From positions 1 to 64,000 of the forward strand of contig NW_026889753.1 of NCBI RefSeq assembly GCF_033153115.1: 64,000 bases of DNA, given 5' to 3'. Made by a program: the position numbers and the translations under genes. Positions 1-10,847 of the stretch are shown piece by piece; the stretch's first letter is position 1, and each line of letters begins with the position of its first letter. The notes below the pieces were generated by a model. That model was not told the DNA's origin. It did no database searches and saw nothing but the letters and a program-made list of their open reading frames with translations. The stretch is from Saccostrea echinata (taxonomy: Eukaryota).

Positions 1-1565
1 ATTTGATAAAAACTTCAAATGGGATCCCAAGACATTTTGAAAAAAATGATTTTGTCCACGTTTTGCCTCAGATTTGTTTGCGGTAGCCGCTGTTTTGTAC
101 AAATATAACCTAGGATACAGTGTATCTAATGATCAGGTGCTTGGGATGTATAAAGCGCTCTACATTAAGAAAGCTCATAAACTTTATAAATGCATGTGTT
201 TGGTTATTTCAATTTTAATCCATTTTGTCTCGAGTTAACTCCATTCCAATTCTTAAGATAGGATCCTCTTTGAATCATGTCGGCGACTGTGACAACATTC
301 TGTGCAGTTTTATGCCCTTTTATTTCGTATTACTTAATACTTTTTATCTGGTCGCATAAAAAAATACGGGAAACATGGCTAACTTCTAAAATTGCATGCG
401 CCATGAATTGCAAATTGAAAGAGATATCAGCTCCAAAATGAAATATTTTATCGTTTTTCATCAGAACTTTCCTGAAAGACTCGTCATGAAAAAAAAATCT
501 CGGTGAATCATTTAATTTTTTTTGGTGCTGCATCACACCAGTATTCAATTGGGTTCTACATTCATAGCAAGATTACGCAAAAGTTACTCAAAGAAAGTTC
601 CGCTGATTTCTATTTTCAAATTCTGTAAATTAATGCTTCCTAAGCAAACCACATCGCAATTCAAAAAGGCGCTCAGCTTCATGGTCATCAAAGTCAATCA
701 AGTGCTTTAAAGTCAAGCGCAGAACCTAGCAACTCCCCTTCTTAAAAGAAAAAAAAATCATTTTGTCTCGTGTTTTAGTAAATCAAGTAGAAATCTGAAA
801 GGTGCACGTGGTTTTTATACGTCAATCTTCTCTCCTTCTCTCTCTTTAAATGTATATATATATTAAGTATATATGTAATCTTGGTGACATCTTGATCCGA
901 ATGGGGAGGGGGGGGGGTGTTAAGGAATTTGTCACCTCTTTCCTGAACCTCGAAAAAAAATAATAGAAATGCTTGAAAATCAAAAGAAAATTATTTTTTG
1001 TAACGAAGCATTTAAAAGTCGTACAAATTTGAATTTTCTTGTCCTAAGCAAGGATAAACCAATCAAAATGAACTTAGTCAATTGTAGTTCTAAATACAGA
1101 GATACCCTCTTTCCTTTTTATCTCTTTTGGTATCTTATTTTAGGCCTATATTATATTAATTTTGGAATCAATTATTAGGAATATCATAGCTTTAGAGGAA
1201 TTATCCAACTGGATAAAATGGAACTTTTTTTAGTGCGGCGCATGATGCAGCTTTTTGGGTGATGTGTAGACTACCTGTCAACATGTGAAACTGTGAATGT
1301 TTACGCTCAGTGTTCTGTCTTAAAAGCCGCATTTTTCCTCTCTCATTTGTTGGGGTCAATTTTTGTTTTAGTAATTAGCGGCCGAGAGTTCACTTAATTA
1401 ATGTAATCAAGTGTGCGAGAGCATTGGGGAAGCGCTAGTCTATGTTCGATCGTAAGTCTTGAAAATATCTACTTTTCGTTTCACTATTCACAACCAAAGG
1501 AATTGCAAGTCTGCATACAATAGAAAGTCTACTTATTCAATCGTAAGTCTTTGCCACCAGAAGCA

Positions 1566-1602
1566 TATAAAAGGAGGATTGAAACTGAGAAACAATCATA
1601 CT
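1566..1602 (+). promoter_or_regulatory. TATA box with initiator-like element of the array gene (present in every unit)
   Basis: TATAAAA at 1566-1572 and TCATACT at 1596-1602, about 30 bp downstream. The TATA box lies 89 bp before the ATG. Confidence 0.7.
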
Positions 1603-1654
1603 TTGTACAACGCTCTACACAAGTACTTCACACAACGTTAGTAGACACTATAGC

Positions 1655-3335
1655 ATGGCTGTACCACCAGGCGGTCCCATAGAGATTTGTTTCTCGTTTG
1701 ATACAACTGGCTCAATGTCAAGTTCTATCAATGCGGTTAAACAGAATGTCCAGGAAATGATTCAACGACTGCAAACGGATATCCCCGGTATTAGAATCGC
1801 TGTATTTGCTCACGGAGATTACTGTGACAGAGACTCATCTTATGTCACCAAGTATGTAGATTTTTCCACGGATCTGAACGAACTGTGTAACTGGGTCAAA
1901 AGCGTTGGGTCCACTGGAGGCGGGGATTCCGATGAGTGTTATGAGCTGGTCTTGCACCAGGTACAAACTTTGTCTTGGACACCTGGCACACAGAGGGCGC
2001 TGGTGATGATAGGAGATGCCCATCCTCATGACGTGAACTACCCAGACAACAAACTGAAATTGGACTGGAAGGAGGAAGTGGAAAAATTAGCAGTCATGGT
2101 AAGAAAATCATTTTAGTTTAAAGGTGAAAACTTAATGCCGTTTCTTTATTTCAAACCTTCACTGTTTTAGATTCCTGTCTTTCTTATTCAAGAGTATAAG
2201 TATATGTCGTCTGTATTTCAGGGTGTGCGAGTGTACGGTGTACAATGTAGAGCTTCTAGTGACAAAAGAACGAACGACTTCTACCAAACACTGGCCGATA
2301 AGACAGCTGGCAGACGAGTAGAACTGGAGCAGTTCTCCAATCTCTTTGACTTCATTATGGCCATCTGCTACAGAGAGCAAGGAGCAGAGTTCCTGGATAT
2401 CTATGAACAGGAAGTACGCGCCAGAGACGCTGGAATAGGTGTTCATAAGGATTTGAATGCTATGTTCGGAGCACTCAAAGACGATGAACCTTCCACATCT
2501 TCATCCAGCGTGGAGACTTCATCTTCCAAGTCCAGAACACTTCCCTACAAGCCGGCCCTGAAAAAGCTGCCATCTCTGACAAAAGCAGCCTCCATCACAA
2601 AGCTGAAGAAAAAGAGTACCTCCATTCACGCAGTGAGGAAAACAATCGTCAAAAAGACCGTTCCTTCTGCAATGGATAGAAAGAGAGCTAAACATCTAGC
2701 CATTTCATGCCAAAAGGTATTCAATCTCAAATACGTATCATTTTTCTTTCAATTCATGATATTCATATCTTGCATGTATATATAGTATTCAATATTAGAC
2801 TTTCATATAATAGGTACATAATTTATTTCAGCTAAACACACTAAGAAAGCTGAAGAGAGAAAATGTTGCAGAGACAAATTTTTCGATGAATAGAATTCAT
2901 TGGTCCCCGTGGGAACTAGTTATTTCTCCCATTAAACCAGAGGATGACTCGGTGTGGACAGAAAGACATCGAGGAAGAAAGGGTTTCAGAAAATCCACCG
3001 TCTGCGGAGGAAAGACATTCCCTGCCGCTGTGTACGAGTTCTCTGTGAGGAAACCATCTGATTCTAAACGTTATGTTACCTACTGTAAACTTTCCTCGGG
3101 ATTCACCAGTACACGATGCTGGGAATCTAGACTCTTGTCCGATTCTGACGTTCGATCTCAAGTGAACAAAGTGGTGTCTTTGGGATATTCTGTCTTTGTT
3201 CGTAGATGTTTGGTAACTGACTCTAACAAAAACACCATTAAGAAATCCCTTCTCAGATATGACTATGCATGGAGAAAAGTGCGAAATGTAAGAGACTCTC
3301 ACAGAAATATTCAGTTGATGGCAGCCTCAAATTAA
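1655..3335 (+). CDS. vWA domain + basic linker + ET/GIY-YIG-like domain protein, copy 1 (480 aa; exons 1655-2098, 2222-2716, 2832-3335)
   Basis: Three ORF-track fragments join in frame through two phase-0 introns: ATG|gtaaga...tttcag|GGT (123 bp) and AAG|gtattc...tttcag|CTA (115 bp). vWA motifs: FSFDTTGSM, FAHGDYCD, GGGDSDECYE, LVMIGDAHPH. C-terminal motifs: WSPW, AVYEF, GYSVFVR, YDYAW. Confidence 0.93.
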
Positions 3336-3424
3336 CATTGTATTCAAAATGTCTATTCTGTTGACATTTATTTTCACTTATACTGTTTTAGCGTTGACAA
3401 TTATTTGATTTTAATGTAAATGTA

Positions 3425-3430
3425 AATAAA
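3425..3430 (+). terminator. Polyadenylation signal of the array gene (present in every unit)
   Basis: AATAAA 90 bp after the stop codon, followed by a T/GT-rich downstream element (gattttatttgtgtg). Confidence 0.7.
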
Positions 3431-5410
3431 AGAAACAAAAAACATGAACTGATTTTATTTGTGTGAAAACTATGAAGGTTGAAGTATTTAAAAACGAAAG
3501 TGAGCGCAGTTAATACTTAGCTTTGAAAAAAAAAAATCATGATGGCGATAATGAAAAGAAAGAGATCGGGAGGAAGAAATGAGCAAGAAGTGTTTTACAA
3601 AGAGTAGTGTACAAACAGATATTATTTTGTTTGATTTCAATGTCTAAGGTTTGTTCTGAAACAAAATGATTTACATCAATCAAATAAATTTTATTCCTCA
3701 GTGTTAAACCATATCCATATTTAAAGCATTTATGCTAGCTATATATTTGATAAAAACTTCAAATGGGATCCCAAGACATTTTGAAAAAAATGATTTTGTC
3801 CACGTTTTGCCTCAGATTTGTTTGCGGTAGCCGCTGTTTTGTACAAATATAACCTAGGATACAGTGTATCTAATGATCAGGTGCTTGGGATATATAAAGC
3901 GCTCTACATTAAGAAAGCTCATAAACTTTATAAATGCATGTGTTTGGTTATTTCAATTTTAATCCATTTTGTCTCGAGTTAACTCCATTCCAATTCTTAA
4001 GATAGGATCCTCTTTGAATCATGTCGGCGACTGTGACAACATTCTGTGCAGTTTTATGCCCTTTTATTTCGTATTACTTAATACTTTTTATCTGGTCGCA
4101 TAAAAAAATACGGGAAACATGGCTAACTTCTAAAATTGCATGCGCCATGAATTGCAAATTGAAAGAGATATCAGCTCCAAAATGAAATATTTTATCGTTT
4201 TTCATCAGAACTTTCCTGAAAGACTCGTCATGAAAAAAAAATCTCGGTGAATCATTTAATTTTTTTTGGTGCTGCATCACACCAGTATTCAATTGGGTTC
4301 TACATTCATAGCAAGATTACGCCGCCTTTCAGGTAGATGTTACTCAAAGAAAGTTCCGCTGATTTCTATTTTCAAATTCTGTAAATTAATGCTTCCTAAG
4401 CAAACCACATCGCAATTCAAAAAGGCGCTCAGCTTCATGGTCATCAAAGTCAATCAAGTGCTTTAAAGTCAAGCGCAGAACCTAGCAACTCCCCTTCTTA
4501 AAAGAAAAAAAAATCATTTTGTCTCGTGTTTTAGTAAATCAAGTAGAAATCTGAAAGGTGCACGTGGTTTTTATACGTCAATCTTCTCTCCTTCTCTCTC
4601 TTTAAATGTATATATATATTAAGTATATATGTAATCTTGGTGACATCTTGATCCGAATGGGGAGGGGGGGGGGTTTTAAGGAATTTGTCACCTCTTTCCT
4701 GAACCTCGAAAAAAAATAATAGAAATGCTTGAAAATCAAAAGAAAATTATTTTTTGTAACGAAGCATTTAAAAGTCGTACAAATTTGAATTTTCTTGTCC
4801 TAAGCAAGGATAAACCAATCAAAATGAACTTAGTCAATTGTAGTTCTAAATACAGAGATACCCTCTTTCCTTTTTATCTCTTTTGGTATCTTATTTTAGG
4901 CCTATATTATATTAATTTTGGAATCAATTATTAGGAATATCATAGCTTTAGAGGAATTATCCAACTGGATAAAATGGAACTTTTTTTAGTGCGGCGCATG
5001 ATGCAGCTTTTTGGGTGATGTGTAGACTACCTGTCAACATGTGAAACTGTGAATGTTTACGCTCAGTGTTCTGTCTTAAAAGCCGCATTTTTCCTCTCTC
5101 ATTTGTTGGGGTCAATTTTTGTTTTAGTAATTAGCGGCCGAGAGTTCACTTAATTAATGTAATCAAGTGTGCGAGAGCATTGGGGAAGCGCTAGTCTATG
5201 TTCGATCGTAAGTCTTGAAAATATCTACTTTTCGTTTCACTATTCACAACCAAAGGAATTGCAAGTCTGCATACAATAGAAAGTCTACTTATTCAATCGT
5301 AAGTCTTTGCCACCAGAAGCATATAAAAGGAGGATTGAAACTGAGAAACAATCATACTTTGTACAACGCTCTACACAAGTACTTCACACAACGTTAGTAG
5401 ACACTATAGC

Positions 5411-7091
5411 ATGGCTGTACCACCAGGCGGTCCCATAGAGATTTGTTTCTCGTTTGATACAACTGGCTCAATGTCAAGTTCTATCAATGCGGTTAAACAG
5501 AATGTCCAGGAAATGATTCAACGACTGCAAACGGATATCCCCGGTATTAGAATCGCTGTATTTGCTCACGGAGATTACTGTGACAGAGACTCATCTTATG
5601 TCACCAAGTATGTAGATTTTTCCACGGATCTGAACGAACTGTGTAACTGGGTCAAAAGCGTTGGGTCCACTGGAGGCGGGGATTCCGATGAGTGTTATGA
5701 GCTGGTCTTGCACCAGGTACAAACTTTGTCTTGGACACCTGGCACACAGAGGGCGCTGGTGATGATAGGAGATGCCCATCCTCATGACGTGAACTACCCA
5801 GACAACAAACTGAAATTGGACTGGAAGGAGGAAGTGGAAAAATTAGCAGTCATGGTAAGAAAATCATTTTAGTTTAAAGGTGAAAACTTAATGCCGTTTC
5901 TTTATTTCAAACCTTCACTGTTTTAGATTCCTGTCTTTCTTATTCAAGAGTATAAGTATATGTCGTCTGTATTTCAGGGTGTGCGAGTGTACGGTGTACA
6001 ATGTAGAGCTTCTAGTGACAAAAGAACGAACGACTTCTACCAAACACTGGCCGATAAGACAGCTGGCAGACGAGTAGAACTGGAGCAGTTCTCCAATCTC
6101 TTTGACTTCATTATGGCCATCTGCTACAGAGAGCAAGGAGCAGAGTTCCTGGATATCTATGAACAGGAAGTACGCGCCAGAGACGCTGGAATAGGTGTTC
6201 ATAAGGATTTGAATGCTATGTTCGGAGCACTCAAAGACGATGAACCTTCCACATCTTCATCCAGCGTGGAGACTTCATCTTCCAAGTCCAGAACACTTCC
6301 CTACAAGCCGGCCCTGAAAAAGCTGCCATCTCTGACAAAAGCAGCCTCCATCACAAAGCTGAAGAAAAAGAGTACCTCCATTCACGCAGTGAGGAAAACA
6401 ATCGTCAAAAAGACCGTTCCTTCTGCAATGGATAGAAAGAGAGCTAAACATCTAGCCATTTCATGCCAAAAGGTATTCAATCTCAAATACGTATCATTTT
6501 TCTTTCAATTCATGATATTCATATCTTGCATGTATATATAGTATTCAATATTAGACTTTCATATAATAGGTACATAATTTATTTCAGCTAAACACACTAA
6601 GAAAGCTGAAGAGAGAAAATGTTGCAGAGACAAATTTTTCGATGAATAGAATTCATTGGTCCCCGTGGGAACTAGTTATTTCTCCCATTAAACCAGAGGA
6701 TGACTCGGTGTGGACAGAAAGACATCGAGGAAGAAAGGGTTTCAGAAAATCCACCGTCTGCGGAGGAAAGACATTCCCTGCCGCTGTGTACGAGTTCTCT
6801 GTGAGGAAACCATCTGATTCTAAACGTTATGTTACCTACTGTAAACTTTCCTCGGGATTCACCAGTACACGATGCTGGGAATCTAGACTCTTGTCCGATT
6901 CTGACGTTCGATCTCAAGTGAACAAAGTGGTGTCTTTGGGATATTCTGTCTTTGTTCGTAGATGTTTGGTAACTGACTCTAACAAAAACACCATTAAGAA
7001 ATCCCTTCTCAGATATGACTATGCATGGAGAAAAGTGCGAAATGTAAGAGACTCTCACAGAAATATTCAGTTGATGGCAGCCTCAAATTAA
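5411..7091 (+). CDS. vWA/ET-like protein copy 2 (exons 5411-5854, 5978-6472, 6588-7091)
   Basis: Translation and splice sites match copy 1. Confidence 0.92.
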
Positions 7092-9166
7092 CATTGTATT
7101 CAAAATGTCTATTCTGTTGACATTTATTTTCACTTATACTGTTTTAGCGTTGACAATTATTTGATTTTAATGTAAATGTAAATAAAAGAAACAAAAAACA
7201 TGAACTGATTTTATTTGTGTGAAAACTATGAAGGTTGAAGTATTTAAAAACGAAAGTGAGCGCAGTTAATACTTAGCTTTGAAAAAAAAAAATCATGATG
7301 GCGATAATGAAAAGAAAGAGATCGGGAGGAAGAAATGAGCAAGAAGTGTTTTACAAAGAGTAGTGTACAAACAGATATTATTTTGTTTGATTTCAATGTC
7401 TAAGGTTTGTTCTGAAACAAAATGATTTACATCAATCAAATAAATTTTATTCCTCAGTGTTAAACCATATCCATATTTAAAGCATTTATGCTAGCTATAT
7501 ATTTGATAAAAACTTCAAATGGGATCCCAAGACATTTTGAAAAAAATGATTTTGTCCACGTTTTGCCTCAGATTTGTTTGCGGTAGCCGCTGTTTTGTAC
7601 AAATATAACCTAGGATACAGTGTATCTAATGATCAGGTGCTTGGGATGTATAAAGCGCTCTACATTAAGAAAGCTCATAAACTTTATAAATGCATGTGTT
7701 TGGTTATTTCAATTTTAATCCATTTTGTCTCGAGTTAACTCCATTCCAATTCTTAAGATAGGATCCTCTTTGAATCATGTCGGCGACTGTGACAACATTC
7801 TGTGCAGTTTTATGCCCTTTTATTTCGTATTACTTAATACTTTTTATCTGGTCGCATAAAAAAATACGGGAAACATGGCTAACTTCTAAAATTGCATGCG
7901 CCATGAATTGCAAATTGAAAGAGATATCAGCTCCAAAATGAAATATTTTATCGTTTTTCATCAGAACTTTCCTGAAAGACTCGTCATGAAAAAAAAATCT
8001 CGGTGAATCATTTAATTTTTTTTGGTGCTGCATCACACCAGTATTCAATTGGGTTCTACATTCATAGCAAGATTACGCCGCCTTTCAGGTAGATGTTACT
8101 CAAAGAAAGTTCCGCTGATTTCTATTTTCAAATTCTGTAAATTAATGCTTCCTAAGCAAACCACATCGCAATTCAAAAAGGCGCTCAGCTTCATGGTCAT
8201 CAAAGTCAATCAAGTGCTTTAAAGTCAAGCGCAGAACCTAGCAACTCCCCTTCTTAAAAGAAAAAAAAATCATTTTGTCTCGTGTTTTAGTAAATCAAGT
8301 AGAAATCTGAAAGGTGCACGTGGTTTTTATACGTCAATCTTCTCTCCTTCTCTCTCTTTAAATGTATATATATATTAAGTATATATGTAATCTTGGTGAC
8401 ATCTTGATCCGAATGGGGAGGGGGGGGGGTGTTAAGGAATTTGTCACCTCTTTCCTGAACCTCGAAAAAAAATAATAGAAATGCTTGAAAATCAAAAGAA
8501 AATTATTTTTTGTAACGAAGCATTTAAAAGTCGTACAAATTTGAATTTTCTTGTCCTAAGCAAGGATAAACCAATCAAAATGAACTTAGTCAATTGTAGT
8601 TCTAAATACAGAGATACCCTCTTTCCTTTTTATCTCTTTTGGTATCTTATTTTAGGCCTATATTATATTAATTTTGGAATCAATTATTAGGAATATCATA
8701 GCTTTAGAGGAATTATCCAACTGGATAAAATGGAACTTTTTTTAGTGCGGCGCATGATGCAGCTTTTTGGGTGATGTGTAGACTACCTGTCAACATGTGA
8801 AACTGTGAATGTTTACGCTCAGTGTTCTGTCTTAAAAGCCGCATTTTTCCTCTCTCATTTGTTGGGGTCAATTTTTGTTTTAGTAATTAGCGGCCGAGAG
8901 TTCACTTAATTAATGTAATCAAGTGTGCGAGAGCATTGGGGAAGCGCTAGTCTATGTTCGATCGTAAGTCTTGAAAATATCTACTTTTCGTTTCACTATT
9001 CACAACCAAAGGAATTGCAAGTCTGCATACAATAGAAAGTCTACTTATTCAATCGTAAGTCTTTGCCACCAGAAGCATATAAAAGGAGGATTGAAACTGA
9101 GAAACAATCATACTTTGTACAACGCTCTACACAAGTACTTCACACAACGTTAGTAGACACTATAGC

Positions 9167-10847
9167 ATGGCTGTACCACCAGGCGGTCCCATAGAGATTT
9201 GTTTCTCGTTTGATACAACTGGCTCAATGTCAAGTTCTATCAATGCGGTTAAACAGAATGTCCAGGAAATGATTCAACGACTGCAAACGGATATCCCCGG
9301 TATTAGAATCGCTGTATTTGCTCACGGAGATTACTGTGACAGAGACTCATCTTATGTCACCAAGTATGTAGATTTTTCCACGGATCTGAACGAACTGTGT
9401 AACTGGGTCAAAAGCGTTGGGTCCACTGGAGGCGGGGATTCCGATGAGTGTTATGAGCTGGTCTTGCACCAGGTACAAACTTTGTCTTGGACACCTGGCA
9501 CACAGAGGGCGCTGGTGATGATAGGAGATGCCCATCCTCATGACGTGAACTACCCAGACAACAAACTGAAATTGGACTGGAAGGAGGAAGTGGAAAAATT
9601 AGCAGTCATGGTAAGAAAATCATTTTAGTTTAAAGGTGAAAACTTAATGCCGTTTCTTTATTTCAAACCTTCACTGTTTTAGATTCCTGTCTTTCTTATT
9701 CAAGAGTATAAGTATATGTCGTCTGTATTTCAGGGTGTGCGAGTGTACGGTGTACAATGTAGAGCTTCTAGTGACAAAAGAACGAACGACTTCTACCAAA
9801 CACTGGCCGATAAGACAGCTGGCAGACGAGTAGAACTGGAGCAGTTCTCCAATCTCTTTGACTTCATTATGGCCATCTGCTACAGAGAGCAAGGAGCAGA
9901 GTTCCTGGATATCTATGAACAGGAAGTACGCGCCAGAGACGCTGGAATAGGTGTTCATAAGGATTTGAATGCTATGTTCGGAGCACTCAAAGACGATGAA
10001 CCTTCCACATCTTCATCCAGCGTGGAGACTTCATCTTCCAAGTCCAGAACACTTCCCTACAAGCCGGCCCTGAAAAAGCTGCCATCTCTGACAAAAGCAG
10101 CCTCCATCACAAAGCTGAAGAAAAAGAGTACCTCCATTCACGCAGTGAGGAAAACAATCGTCAAAAAGACCGTTCCTTCTGCAATGGATAGAAAGAGAGC
10201 TAAACATCTAGCCATTTCATGCCAAAAGGTATTCAATCTCAAATACGTATCATTTTTCTTTCAATTCATGATATTCATATCTTGCATGTATATATAGTAT
10301 TCAATATTAGACTTTCATATAATAGGTACATAATTTATTTCAGCTAAACACACTAAGAAAGCTGAAGAGAGAAAATGTTGCAGAGACAAATTTTTCGATG
10401 AATAGAATTCATTGGTCCCCGTGGGAACTAGTTATTTCTCCCATTAAACCAGAGGATGACTCGGTGTGGACAGAAAGACATCGAGGAAGAAAGGGTTTCA
10501 GAAAATCCACCGTCTGCGGAGGAAAGACATTCCCTGCCGCTGTGTACGAGTTCTCTGTGAGGAAACCATCTGATTCTAAACGTTATGTTACCTACTGTAA
10601 ACTTTCCTCGGGATTCACCAGTACACGATGCTGGGAATCTAGACTCTTGTCCGATTCTGACGTTCGATCTCAAGTGAACAAAGTGGTGTCTTTGGGATAT
10701 TCTGTCTTTGTTCGTAGATGTTTGGTAACTGACTCTAACAAAAACACCATTAAGAAATCCCTTCTCAGATATGACTATGCATGGAGAAAAGTGCGAAATG
10801 TAAGAGACTCTCACAGAAATATTCAGTTGATGGCAGCCTCAAATTAA
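9167..10847 (+). CDS. vWA/ET-like protein copy 3 (exons 9167-9610, 9734-10228, 10344-10847)
   Basis: Translation and splice sites match copy 1. Confidence 0.92.

Noticed and set aside
330-1641. 60-72 aa ORFs in the spacer, repeated in every unit
   Set aside because: They are AT-rich with no recognisable motifs, and several start at TTG. They recur only because the whole unit is duplicated.
1835-3302. Antisense ORFs (64, 95 and 128 aa) overlapping the vWA gene, as a possible toxin/antidote partner
   Set aside because: They are shadows of the coding strand. One runs into intron 1, and no promoter, splice or domain evidence supports them.
1655-3335. Reading the three + strand ORFs as a prokaryote-like three-gene operon
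   Set aside because: Canonical phase-0 GT-AG introns join them, the vWA domain is split across the first two, and the ORF tails are intron read-through.
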